In this document: positions 19,010-29,005 of the stretch, in pieces
Numbering within the stretch: the stretch's first letter is position 1
Layout of the letters: each line of letters opens with the position of its first letter
Source of the DNA: Hyphomicrobiales bacterium
GTDB lineage: Bacteria > Pseudomonadota > Alphaproteobacteria > SPJN01
Reading direction: 5' to 3'
DNA length: 64,000 nucleotides
Assembly: GCA_006844605.1 (NCBI GenBank)
Contig: SPJN01000004.1
Location: 78,635 to 142,634, forward strand
Program-made: the position numbers and the translations under genes
Notes under the pieces: model-generated
What the model saw: the letters and a program-made list of their open reading frames with translations, nothing else
The model's database searches: none
Told to the model about the DNA's origin: nothing

Positions 19010-19452
19010 CAGTGTGCCCCTCCGCGATTATCATCTGCGCCAAGGATGTCGGCGGCAAGCTGTGCTTCTTCTGCTTCGGTCTTGTTATCGGCTTCTTCAA
19101 GCTCATCTTCTTCAATCGTGCCATAGACGGCCTTGATGCGCAGGACCAATGCCAGCGCCAATGCCGTGGTTGCGATGCCGACCACAATGGCGGTCAGGAT
19201 CAACACATGGGGAAGGGGGTTTGAGAACGGGCGGGTCAGCCCTTCTTCCAAGATCGGCGCTGTGCCGCCATCAACCTTGCCCAACGAGATGTAGAGCATG
19301 AAGACAGAAGTTTGGAAGATGTTCAGGCCAACAATCTTTTTAATCAGATTGCCGCGTGCAATCACGGCATAAAGCCCGACCATCATCAGCACGATGATGA
19401 TCCAGTAATTGTAATGGCCCCAATTCAGGTTTGATAACAGGTCGGAGATCAT
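19009..19452 (-). CDS. mrpC: Mrp subunit C (NuoK-like)
   Basis: NLIKKIVGLNIFQTSVFMLYISLG...NPLPHVLILTAIVVGIATTALALALV; acidic C-terminal tail. Confidence 0.8.
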   Translation of the reverse strand: MISDLLSNLNWGHYNYWIIIVLMMVGLYAVIARGNLIKKIVGLNIFQTSVFMLYISLGKVDGGTAPILEEGLTRPFSNPLPHVLILTAIVVGIATTALALALVLRIKAVYGTIEEDELEEADNKTEAEEAQLAADILGADDNRGGAH

Positions 19453-19892
19453 CAGTCGTCATCTCCTTCCTTGGGCAGGCGGCCATGTTCGGCGAAATAA
19501 TTGAAAATTGTAATCATGGTCGATGCCACTGTGATCCCGACGCCGCCCTCGACTAACAAAATGCCGTAATGCTGGCCATGTATGGGGTCATGCGCGAGGA
19601 CGCTGTAATCAAGGAATGGTGCGCCTAAAAACAGGCTCCACACGCCGACGCCGATATAAAGCAACCAGCCGACAGCGGTAAAGCCGCGAACAATGTGGGG
19701 CGGGGCAACGTCATTGGCGGCATCAAGGCCGAAGATCAGCGCATAAAGCACAAAGGCAGCAGCAAAGATCACGCCGGCCTGAAAGCCACCACCGGGCCCG
19801 TAGTCACCGTGGAACTGAACATAAAGCGCAAACAGCAAAATCGGCGGGATCAGAATTTTCGTGATCACGCGAAGAATCAGATGATGGTTCAT
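19452..19892 (-). CDS. mrpB: Mrp subunit B (MnhB domain)
   Basis: HGDYGPGGGFQAGVIFAAAF MnhB signature. Confidence 0.8.
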   Translation of the reverse strand: MNHHLILRVITKILIPPILLFALYVQFHGDYGPGGGFQAGVIFAAAFVLYALIFGLDAANDVAPPHIVRGFTAVGWLLYIGVGVWSLFLGAPFLDYSVLAHDPIHGQHYGILLVEGGVGITVASTMITIFNYFAEHGRLPKEGDDD

Positions 19893-20482
19893 GCTGTTTC
19901 TCCCGTCTTGTCGGTTGCAGCTTTTTTCTTGCGGCGTGAACCTAAAAGCAACATCACGCCGATACCGGCGGTGAAAATCACGCCGGTTTCGCCCAAGGTG
20001 TCAAAACTACGATAGGACGCAAGGACAGAGGTAACGATATTGGGCACGTCGATGTCTTCTTCACTGCCCTTAATATAGTCGGGCGCAACATGCAGGTTCG
20101 CAGGTGCATTCGGATCCCCGAAATCAGGCATGTCAGCGGTGCCATACAGCAACGCGCCACCGACAACCAGTGTCACCAAAAGCGGTACGATATTGCTGCT
20201 GCTGGAAACCTTGCGCCGCCACCCGGTGACGGACAATGTTGCCAGCATCAAGACGGTTGAAATACCTGCGCCGACCGATGCTTCGGTAAAGGCAACGTCA
20301 ACCGCGTCCAGCACCACAAACAACACAGCCGATAGTAGCGAGTAGGCACCGGTCAACATGACCACGGCAAACAGATTGGTCAGGCGCAGAACCGCAATGG
20401 CGGTCACTGCCAACAGGACGAATAACAATATCGTCACCGCATGTTCCATAAACGAGGTGGAGATAAAGTCAGTCATGATCAA
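19889..20482 (-). CDS. DUF4040-like membrane protein (MrpA C-terminal-domain / MbhD-like), free-standing
   Basis: 197 aa, 3-4 TM; sits where the MrpA C-terminal domain / MbhD sits in archaeal-type clusters, directly upstream of mrpB. Assignment is by position and topology, not a firm motif. Confidence 0.5.
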   Translation of the reverse strand: MIMTDFISTSFMEHAVTILLFVLLAVTAIAVLRLTNLFAVVMLTGAYSLLSAVLFVVLDAVDVAFTEASVGAGISTVLMLATLSVTGWRRKVSSSSNIVPLLVTLVVGGALLYGTADMPDFGDPNAPANLHVAPDYIKGSEEDIDVPNIVTSVLASYRSFDTLGETGVIFTAGIGVMLLLGSRRKKKAATDKTGETA

Positions 20483-20862
20483 TCCTCCGCCTTTTCGCCG
20501 GGTTCAACAGCCGGTAGGGAAAAAGCTGCCGCGCTTTGTTTGCTGACATGGTTGGCTTTCAATTGCGGCTTGCGCCCGGCATAAAGCGATGCCTGCGCCA
20601 GCGCGTGACTGGCGACGGGGCTGGTCATCCACATGAAGGCCAAAATCAACAACAACTTGAAACTGATTAGGCTAAATCCAGCCTGGATGCCCAAACCCGC
20701 CAATATCAAAAAAGTGCCCAGCGTATCTGTCACGCCCGCTGCATGAAGTCGTGCATAGACATCCGGCAGGCGCAAAACGCCAATGCCGCCTACCAAAAGG
20801 AAGAAGGAACCGCCAAGCAGCAGCGCCCAACTGGCGTAGTTTGCAATCTCAGCAACGGTCAT
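20479..20862 (-). CDS. mrpG: Mrp subunit G
   Basis: LRLPDVYARLHAAGVTDTLG...MWMTSPVASHALA typical MnhG/PhaG. Confidence 0.8.
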   Translation of the reverse strand: MTVAEIANYASWALLLGGSFFLLVGGIGVLRLPDVYARLHAAGVTDTLGTFLILAGLGIQAGFSLISFKLLLILAFMWMTSPVASHALAQASLYAGRKPQLKANHVSKQSAAAFSLPAVEPGEKAED

Positions 20863-21158
20863 TGCGCGCCCTCCTGATCCTGAAGTTCTGCGGTTGAGGC
20901 ACCAAGCGTGCGGTAGCGGAAGAACTTAAGAATGGCGATGGTGCCGATGAAGTTGATCAGGGCATAAACAATCGCGATGTCCAAAAATTCCGGGCGGCCT
21001 GTCAAAAAGCCGAACACCGCAATCAGCAGCACAGTTTTGGTGCCGAACATATTCACCGCCAACACGCGGTCATATACGGTCGGGCCGGACAGCAGCCGGA
21101 CAAGCGCCATTAACATTGTCACCATCAGCGCGATGGCGGTGGCAGCAAACATGGTCAT
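20859..21158 (-). CDS. mrpF: Mrp subunit F
   Basis: 99 aa; VYDRVLAVNMFGT...LDIAIVYALINFIGTIA typical MnhF. Confidence 0.8.
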   Translation of the reverse strand: MTMFAATAIALMVTMLMALVRLLSGPTVYDRVLAVNMFGTKTVLLIAVFGFLTGRPEFLDIAIVYALINFIGTIAILKFFRYRTLGASTAELQDQEGAQ

Positions 21159-21661
21159 GCGTCACCTCTGGCAATTTTGGCATTTTTGCGTTCATGTTCC
21201 GCCGCTGAAACCTTTCGGTCCATCGTGCCTTCTTCAAGGTCTTTTGCGGCATCTTCAGATAGGGCGTGGACCAAAAACTCGTCCCCCTCAATGGCAACGG
21301 TTACAGTGCCGGGGGTTAAGGTGATGGAATTGGCGTAAAGCACCTTGCCCAAATCTGAATGCTGGCTTGATTTCAGCGTGAACAGCGTGGGGGAGATGTT
21401 CAGGGACGGGGCCAATATACGCTTGGTCACGTCGATATTGGCTTTGACGATTTCGATAAACAGCCATGGCCAATAGATCAGAATCGAAAACCCGATTTCA
21501 TAAGGCGTGCCTTCGATATCGACGATGCCTTTACGCAGCGCAATATAGACAACGCCCAAGACGGATGCTGCCCCGAATGATAAAAGTAATGTACTGAAAT
21601 GGCCGGACATGCCGATCCATAATAGTGACAAGACGACAGTGAGCGTGAAGGCGCGTGCCAA
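21155..21661 (-). CDS. mrpE: Mrp subunit E
   Basis: [13 protein letters not shown] signature of MnhE; TTG start at 21661 (alternative ATG at 21610); first gene of the operon. Confidence 0.75.
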   Translation of the reverse strand: MARAFTLTVVLSLLWIGMSGHFSTLLLSFGAASVLGVVYIALRKGIVDIEGTPYEIGFSILIYWPWLFIEIVKANIDVTKRILAPSLNISPTLFTLKSSQHSDLGKVLYANSITLTPGTVTVAIEGDEFLVHALSEDAAKDLEEGTMDRKVSAAEHERKNAKIARGDA

Positions 21662-21910
21662 TTTTGCCCCCCAAAAATTGCATTGACCAATAGTGGCCCG
21701 TCCGACTCATTTAGATTGAGGCGTATAGGCCATGAATTGCCCCTTATGCCACAAGATATGGGCAGCGCAAAGGGTTTGCGCGCCGCACCTTTTTTGGGTT
21801 TGTCGGCGCAGAAAATGTCGCTTTGCGTAAAACATATGGCCATGTCGATTTCTATCTTGAGTTGCGTGACGGCCCTGATAATATGCGTTGGGGTATTGGA
21901 GGGCGTTGAG

Positions 21911-22522
21911 ATGGCCGTGACTGAAACGGTTGACCGACAGATAGAATGCAGATCAACCGATAGCGGCGGCGAAATTGCGCCGAACACACTGGTGACAGGT
22001 CGCGTAAAGTGGTTCGATCCGGTCAAGGGCTATGGCTTTATAGTCCCAGATGATGGCGCGCGCGATATTCTGCTCCATATTAGTTGTTTGCGCGATCATG
22101 GCACGCGCACCACATTTGAAGGCGCAACAATTCAGATCAGCACCATTGAAACCGAAAAGGGCCTTCAGGTTGATGAGGTTTTAGAGCTGGACAATTCAAC
22201 AGCAGTGTCCGGCGCAGTGATGAGCCAGCGTGGCGAATTCAGTCCTGTTACCGGTGACGGCCCGGTGGGCGGACAAGGCGTCTTGCGTAATGGCAAGCGT
22301 GTTGAGGCGATAGGCGAATTTTTGCCCGTGACGGTAAAATGGTTCAATCGCGTCAAAGGTTATGGCTTTGTTTGCGAAGACGGCGACGATGCCCCGGACA
22401 TATTCATCCATATGGAAACCTTGCGGCAGTTCGGCTTTGCCGGACTTGAACCCGAAGAGGAACTTGAAGTTCGGGTGGGTGAGGGTAAAAAGGGCCTGCA
22501 GGTCGCTGAAATCCGTATTTGA
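21911..22522 (+). CDS. Protein with two tandem cold-shock (CspA-like) domains
   Basis: [20 protein letters not shown] and [24 protein letters not shown]1-like motifs in two repeats; GGAGGG SD 8 nt before the ATG at 21911. The longer track ORF (from 21683) is probably leader. Confidence 0.7.
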   Translation: MAVTETVDRQIECRSTDSGGEIAPNTLVTGRVKWFDPVKGYGFIVPDDGARDILLHISCLRDHGTRTTFEGATIQISTIETEKGLQVDEVLELDNSTAVSGAVMSQRGEFSPVTGDGPVGGQGVLRNGKRVEAIGEFLPVTVKWFNRVKGYGFVCEDGDDAPDIFIHMETLRQFGFAGLEPEEELEVRVGEGKKGLQVAEIRI

Positions 22523-22608
22523 CAGGCCGTCCCGCATTAGGTCGGGCTTGTGTGTTTAGCCGTAATTGCTTTACCTAGATGGTAAGTATTGGCTGACCGG
22601 ATTGTTTG

Positions 22609-23118
22609 ATGCATTCACTTTATAGATATGTGCTTGTGGGGCTGGGTGTCCTGTTGTTTGCGGCGACTGCTGTGGCGACCGCTGTGACGACCGCTGCGGC
22701 GATGAGTGATCGGGCTGCGGGCAATGCACCAGACGGTTATTCCCGGTTGACCATCCAGCGCGGCGATATCACGATTGCGACTTATCAGGTGGAGGTCGCC
22801 GCAACCGAAGGGCAGCGCGCGCAGGGGCTGATGTTTCGGCAAAAACTACCGGCTGATCAGGGCATGTTGTTTATATATGAACAGCCGCGGCCCGTGCGCA
22901 TGTGGATGAAAAACACCTATATCCCGCTTGATATGCTGTTTGCTGACGATAGTGGCCTTATCACCCATATCCATCGGGGGGCCAAGCCCCATGATTTGAC
23001 ACCGATAGCCGGCGGTGCGGCGGTTCGTTATGTACTGGAAATCAGGGCAGGGCATGCGTCTGCACGGGGCTTGCGAGTCGGTGACTATTTGATCCATAAA
23101 AATATCAACAAACAATAA
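22609..23118 (+). CDS. DUF192 (COG1430) family protein, secreted or membrane-anchored
   Basis: QGLMFRQKLPADQGMLFIYE...RMWMKNTYIPLDMLFADDSGLI matches the DUF192 core; hydrophobic N-terminus containing a 12-bp tandem repeat. Confidence 0.7.
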   Translation: MHSLYRYVLVGLGVLLFAATAVATAVTTAAAMSDRAAGNAPDGYSRLTIQRGDITIATYQVEVAATEGQRAQGLMFRQKLPADQGMLFIYEQPRPVRMWMKNTYIPLDMLFADDSGLITHIHRGAKPHDLTPIAGGAAVRYVLEIRAGHASARGLRVGDYLIHKNINKQ

Positions 23119-23141
23119 TAACTCATTGAAAAGAGAAGATT

Positions 23142-23663
23142 TTGACTGATTTTCCTGAAGCTGTATTTGCGCATAGCTTTTATGCCACTTATGAGGATGA
23201 CGACACCCCGGATGATGCGCCCGAAGAGTACAGCGTCAATCCCCATTCGGGGCCTTTTTCAGTACGGAACGGACCGATATATCACCGTGCGGCAACTGAT
23301 CAGGAAATGGCAGCGCGCCCTGAACTGGCCCCTTTTGTCCGTGCGTTTCGGGCGCGAACCCGTCACTGCAATGGGGCGGGTATTGTGCATGGCGGCTGTT
23401 TGATGAGCTTTGCTGACGGTGTGTTGGGGCGCACGGCATGGGATGCCGCCCAAGGTCCATCGCTGACGATCCGTATGAATTCCGATATTTTACACATGGC
23501 GCGGCCCGGTGACTGGGTTGAAGGGCGCGGGCGTGTGGTGCGCAAAACCGATTCTGTCGTGTTTGTGGAAGCGGAAATCACGGTCGAAGGGCGCATGATC
23601 GTGTCCGCCAACGGCATATTCAAGATTATGCGCCGTCGTGGCTGGCGGAAGGAACAGAAATAG
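23142..23663 (+). CDS. PaaI/YbgC-type hotdog-fold thioesterase
   Basis: NGAGIVHGGCLMSFADGVLG hotdog thioesterase motif. Confidence 0.65.
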   Translation: MTDFPEAVFAHSFYATYEDDDTPDDAPEEYSVNPHSGPFSVRNGPIYHRAATDQEMAARPELAPFVRAFRARTRHCNGAGIVHGGCLMSFADGVLGRTAWDAAQGPSLTIRMNSDILHMARPGDWVEGRGRVVRKTDSVVFVEAEITVEGRMIVSANGIFKIMRRRGWRKEQK

Positions 23664-23770
23664 CATCATTGTTCTGCCCACGCGGCAGATTGCCCGCCTT
23701 TTTAGGGGATTGATCACCTTGCCCACCCCGGTGCAAAGGTGTAAGCCAACAGCCAACCGTTGAATAAATG

Positions 23771-23847
23771 CGGGGCGTAGCTCAGCCTGGTAGAGCGCCT
23801 GCTTTGGGAGCAGGAAGTCGTCAGTTCGAATCTGGCCGCCCCGACCA
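23771..23847 (+). tRNA. tRNA-Pro (anticodon UGG)
   Basis: CGGGGCGTAGCTCAGCCTGGTAGAGC...anticodon loop TTTGGGA...GGTTCGAATC...CGCCCCGACCA; CCA encoded. Confidence 0.85.
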
Positions 23848-23908
23848 TTTCATGAGACAATGCGGCTGTGACTGTCTATTGTTAGCCGTTGATCATCGAA
23901 GGGCGTTT

Positions 23909-24208
23909 ACTATGACCAAGGCTCGGATTTATAAACCTGCGAAAACTGCCATGCAGTCAGGGCGCGCCAAAACCCAAAATTGGGTGTTGGAATTTGAACC
24001 TGCTGAACAAAAGCAGCTGGACCCGTTGATGGGCTGGACAGGTTCGGGTGACATGAATGGGCAGGTGCGTTTGCGCTTTGCCGACAAGGCCGCTGCCATC
24101 AGCTATGCTGAAAAGCACAATATCGCCCATGATGTAATTGAGCCGCAGGTCAGAACGCCCAAGCGTAAATCCTATGCGGATAATTTCCGGCCAACCCTGC
24201 CAGAGTAA
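23909..24208 (+). CDS. NDUFS4-like small protein (ETC complex I subunit conserved region, PF04800-like)
   Basis: 99 aa from the ATG at 23909: PLMGWTGSGDMNGQVRLRFADKAAAISYAEKHNI matches the alphaproteobacterial NDUFS4-related family. The track ORF's N-terminal extension overlaps tRNA-Pro and was rejected. Confidence 0.6.
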   Translation, partial: TMTKARIYKPAKTAMQSGRAKTQNWVLEFEPAEQKQLDPLMGWTGSGDMNGQVRLRFADKAAAISYAEKHNIAHDVIEPQVRTPKRKSYADNFRPTLPE

Positions 24209-24245
24209 GGCGTCGTCGGGGCGCAAGCTGCCCCGATTATTTGCG

Positions 24246-24322
<77 letters not shown>

Positions 24323-24450
24323 TTTTCCTGCCAATTCAACCCTGTATCTCCAGTTTGTAGGTGTGATCAGCCTTGCGCCAATGGGGGGTGGTCTGTAATC
24401 ATCACGACTCATAAAGACAGCTATTCAATAGCTTGAAAAAATTAGGGTAG

Positions 24451-25515
<1,065 letters not shown>

Positions 25516-25532
25516 CGCGAAAGATCGCTTCC

Positions 25533-26681
25533 ATGATCCCTTACGGTCGCCAGTCAATCAGTGATGAAGACATTAAGGCCGTTGAAGATGTGCTGCGCTC
25601 CGATTGGTTGACGCAAGGCCCCGCCGTACCGCGTTTTGAACAGGCATTATGCGACGCGACAGGCGCACAGTTTGCGGTGGCTGCAAACAGCGCCACCTCC
25701 TCCCTTCATGCGGCCTGTCTGGCGCTTGGGCTGGGGGAAGGGGGCTTGTTGTGGACCAGCCCCAATACATTTGTGGCATCGGCCAATTGCGCGCTTTATT
25801 GCGGGGCCGATGTTGATTTCGTTGATATTGATCCTGTCAGCAGGAATATGTGTGTTCAGGCCTTGGCCGACAAATTGGCTGCCGCTGACCGCCTGCCGGA
25901 CATCGTTGTGCCTGTTGCCTTTTCCGGGCGCAGTGCAGAGATGGACGCGCTGGCCAAACTTGCCAATCAATATGGCTTTGCCGTTATTGAAGATGCCAGC
26001 CATGCCATTGGCGGCAGTTTCATGGACGCGGCGATCGGTTGTAATGACTATGCCGACATTACGATTTTCAGCTTTCATCCCGTTAAGATCGTCACAACGG
26101 CAGAGGGTGGGGCCGCACTGACCAATAGTGCTGAGCTTGAGGCGCGGTTGCGTCTTTATTGTTCTCACGGTGTGACCCGCGACCCTGATTTGCGTGCGCG
26201 CACCGATGATCCTGATCCGTGGAGTTATGATCAGATTGCGCTTGGCTATAATTACCGCATGACGGATATGCAGGCAGCCCTTGGTGCCAGCCAGATGGCA
26301 CAGTTGCCCGCGTTTAATCGGGCGCGTGCAAAACTGGCGCGCCGCTACGATGAATTGCTCGCGGACTTGCCTGTCAAATGCCCGTTGCCAGATGATAATC
26401 GTCACAAATCGGGGTGGCACCTATATGTGGTTGAACTTGCGCAGGGGATTGATCGGCGCAAGGTGTTTGAGGTTATGCGCGCATCCGGCATTGGCGTTAA
26501 TGTTCATTATCAGCCTGTTCACACCCAGCCCCATTATCAGGCGCTTGGATTTGCCGAAGGGGACTTCCCCCATGCAGAAAATTATTATGCACAGGCAATC
26601 AGCCTGCCGCTTTACGCCACCCTGACTGAGGCGGAGCAGGATCAGGTCGTGGCCGCATTGCGGGGGGCGATTGATGGCTGA
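25533..26681 (+). CDS. pseC: UDP-4-amino-4,6-dideoxy-N-acetyl-beta-L-altrosamine transaminase (DegT/DnrJ/EryC1 family)
   Basis: MIPYGRQSISDEDIKAV...FSFHPVKIVTTAEGG (PLP-lysine) typical PseC. Confidence 0.8.
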   Translation: MIPYGRQSISDEDIKAVEDVLRSDWLTQGPAVPRFEQALCDATGAQFAVAANSATSSLHAACLALGLGEGGLLWTSPNTFVASANCALYCGADVDFVDIDPVSRNMCVQALADKLAAADRLPDIVVPVAFSGRSAEMDALAKLANQYGFAVIEDASHAIGGSFMDAAIGCNDYADITIFSFHPVKIVTTAEGGAALTNSAELEARLRLYCSHGVTRDPDLRARTDDPDPWSYDQIALGYNYRMTDMQAALGASQMAQLPAFNRARAKLARRYDELLADLPVKCPLPDDNRHKSGWHLYVVELAQGIDRRKVFEVMRASGIGVNVHYQPVHTQPHYQALGFAEGDFPHAENYYAQAISLPLYATLTEAEQDQVVAALRGAIDG

Positions 26682-27366
26682 CGCGGTTTGCATTATTCCC
26701 GCTCGTGGTGGATCAAAACGAATACCGCGCAAGAATGTGCTGCCATTTTGCGGCAAGCCGATGATTGCCTGGTCGATTGATGCGGCGAATAAAAGTAATT
26801 TGTTCACCCAAATTGTCGTGTCCACTGATGATGAAGAGATTGCCACGATCGCGCGGGCGTCAGGGGCCCAAACCCCTTTTATCCGTGATGCGTCGCTGGC
26901 TGATGATTTGACCGGCACGCAGCCAGTTATTGCAGATGCGATTGAACGGCTTGGGTTGGCTGACGATGTTGCGGTTTGTTGCCTTTATCCCACCGCACCG
27001 TTCGTAACGCCGGAAAGTTTGCGGAATGGTGCTGCGGCGCAGGATGATGCGCCCGGGTTTGCGATGACCGTCACGGCTTTTTCATTTCCTGTGCAGCGCG
27101 GTTTGCTTCTTGACGGCAGCCATCTCACCCCACGGGAACCACAACACATGACCGCCCGTTCGCAAGACCTTGACGAAGTGTATCATGACGCAGGCCAGTT
27201 CTATTGGGCGCGGGCCGCGGTGTGGTGTGATCCGGGCCAAAAAATTTGGGAAGATGCGCGCCCCGTGATTTTGCCGCCTTGGCAGGTGCAGGACATTGAT
27301 ACGCCAGATGATTGGCGGCAAGCAGAACTGAAAATGGCTGCACTTGCGGACATGCAGGATCAGTGA
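26674..27366 (+). CDS. pseF: Pseudaminic acid cytidylyltransferase (CMP-sugar synthetase family)
   Basis: CIIPARGGSKRIPRKN N-terminal cytidylyltransferase motif; 8-nt overlap with pseC. Confidence 0.75.
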   Translation: MADAVCIIPARGGSKRIPRKNVLPFCGKPMIAWSIDAANKSNLFTQIVVSTDDEEIATIARASGAQTPFIRDASLADDLTGTQPVIADAIERLGLADDVAVCCLYPTAPFVTPESLRNGAAAQDDAPGFAMTVTAFSFPVQRGLLLDGSHLTPREPQHMTARSQDLDEVYHDAGQFYWARAAVWCDPGQKIWEDARPVILPPWQVQDIDTPDDWRQAELKMAALADMQDQ

Positions 27367-28475
27367 TGCCAGGATCAGTTAAGAAGGTTCTGTTCCGCGT
27401 TGATAGCGCAACCATGATCGGTGCCGGACACGTCATGCGGTGCCTGACCTTGGCGGAGGCATTGCGCGCAGAAGGAGCCGACTGTCGCTTTATTTGTCGT
27501 GATTTGCCCGGTGCCATTCAGGACAAGGTGCGGGATGCCAGATTTGATCTGACAGTGTTGCCAGCACCCGCAACTGACTATAGCGCAACAACAGATGACC
27601 CCGCCCACGCCCCGTGGCTTGGTGTGTCATGGCAGGACGACCTTACCCAGACCAAGGCGGTCATCGACGGTCCGGTGGATTGGTTGGTGGTTGATCACTA
27701 TGGCATAGATGTGCGCTGGCATAAGGGTATGCGCGCGCATGCCTCTCGCATCGCAGTGATTGATGAATTGGCGGACCGACCACTTGATTGTGATGTGCTG
27801 GTTTGTCAAAGCCTGCCGCATCAAATGATCAGTGCGCAGTTTGATCAATGTTTGTCTGAAAACGTTGTGCGCAACATTGGTCCGGACTATGCGTTATTGC
27901 GCCCGGAATTTGTGTCCGTGCGTGACCGTGCGGTTGCCCGCCGCAATTTGTTGGCGGTGCCGCAACGGGTGTTTGTTGCAAACGGTTATATGGATGCTGG
28001 TGGATTGGTGCCATTGGCGCTAAAGGCGTTGCGAGATTTTACTGATCTGGCTGTGGATGTCGCCATCGGGTCGGTAAGCCCCGTGATTGCTGAGGTGCGC
28101 GCCCTTGCCAATGCTTTGCCACATGTGTCCTTGTATGAGGATGCATCAGATATGGCAGGGTTGATGGCGCAGGCTGATCTGGCAATTGGTGGCGGCGGTG
28201 TCAGCAGTTTTGAACGCGCAACGGTCGGCCTGCCAACACTGGCAGTCAGTGTTGCTGACAATCAGACCGATTTGTTGCGCTTTGTGGCGGCGCACGGCGC
28301 TGTATCCTTTTTAGGAACGCTGGACGAAGTAACAACCAAGGTTATCAGACTTGCGGTGCAGGGGATGCTGGATGACCCCGCGCATTGGCAACAGATGGCT
28401 TCGGATAGCCTAGCGTTGTGTGACGGGCAGGGTGCTGCGCGTGTTGTCGAAACGATGCAGGGCCTGTCAGTATGA
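27366..28475 (+). CDS. pseG: UDP-2,4-diacetamido-2,4,6-trideoxy-beta-L-altropyranose hydrolase
   Basis: KVLFRVDSATMIGAGHVMRCLTLAEAL typical PseG N-terminus (GT28-like fold); ATG overlaps the pseF stop. Confidence 0.75.
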   Translation: MPGSVKKVLFRVDSATMIGAGHVMRCLTLAEALRAEGADCRFICRDLPGAIQDKVRDARFDLTVLPAPATDYSATTDDPAHAPWLGVSWQDDLTQTKAVIDGPVDWLVVDHYGIDVRWHKGMRAHASRIAVIDELADRPLDCDVLVCQSLPHQMISAQFDQCLSENVVRNIGPDYALLRPEFVSVRDRAVARRNLLAVPQRVFVANGYMDAGGLVPLALKALRDFTDLAVDVAIGSVSPVIAEVRALANALPHVSLYEDASDMAGLMAQADLAIGGGGVSSFERATVGLPTLAVSVADNQTDLLRFVAAHGAVSFLGTLDEVTTKVIRLAVQGMLDDPAHWQQMASDSLALCDGQGAARVVETMQGLSV

Positions 28476-28999
28476 GTTTCAAGAGCGCCATGATATTGCG
28501 TCCGGTCGGTGCACAAGATCGAATCCGTTTACGTGATTGGCGCAATCAGGATTTCATCCGGCAGGCCAGCTTGACTGATCACAAGATTACCGTTGATGAA
28601 CATAATGCGTGGTTTGACAATATTCTGTCGCGCGATGACGGGGTGTGGTGTGTTGCTGAATTGCACGGCAACCCTGTCGGCCACGTCAATGCAGTGATGC
28701 AGGATGGCGATACATGGCAGTGGAGCTTTTATATCGGTGACCAGAATGCCCCCAAAGGGACGGGGGCAGCGATGCTGACGCTGTTTTTGGCGGAACTGTT
28801 TTCGCGTGATGGTGTGCAGGCTATTGCGGCACAGACTGTGGCGTCCAACGCGGCCTCCCGCCATCTTCATGAAAAGCTGGGGTTTGTGGTGACAGGTGAG
28901 GCTGATGATGTCCTGGACCTTTCCCTAAGCCGCGCCCGGTGGCAGGATAGTCAGGCAATATATGACGCGTGCCTGTCACGTGTGCCGAAAGGGGAGTAG
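28472..28999 (+). CDS. pseH: UDP-4-amino-4,6-dideoxy-N-acetyl-beta-L-altrosamine N-acetyltransferase (GNAT)
   Basis: ILRPVGAQDRIRLRDWRNQDFIRQ... GNAT fold; sits between pseG and pseI. Confidence 0.7.
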   Translation: MSFKSAMILRPVGAQDRIRLRDWRNQDFIRQASLTDHKITVDEHNAWFDNILSRDDGVWCVAELHGNPVGHVNAVMQDGDTWQWSFYIGDQNAPKGTGAAMLTLFLAELFSRDGVQAIAAQTVASNAASRHLHEKLGFVVTGEADDVLDLSLSRARWQDSQAIYDACLSRVPKGE

Positions 29000-29005
29000 G
29001 CCGTC

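Noticed and set aside
23768-23908. N-terminal 47 codons of the track ORF 23768..24208.
   Set aside because: They overlap tRNA-Pro exactly. The conserved NDUFS4-like protein begins at the internal ATG at 23909.
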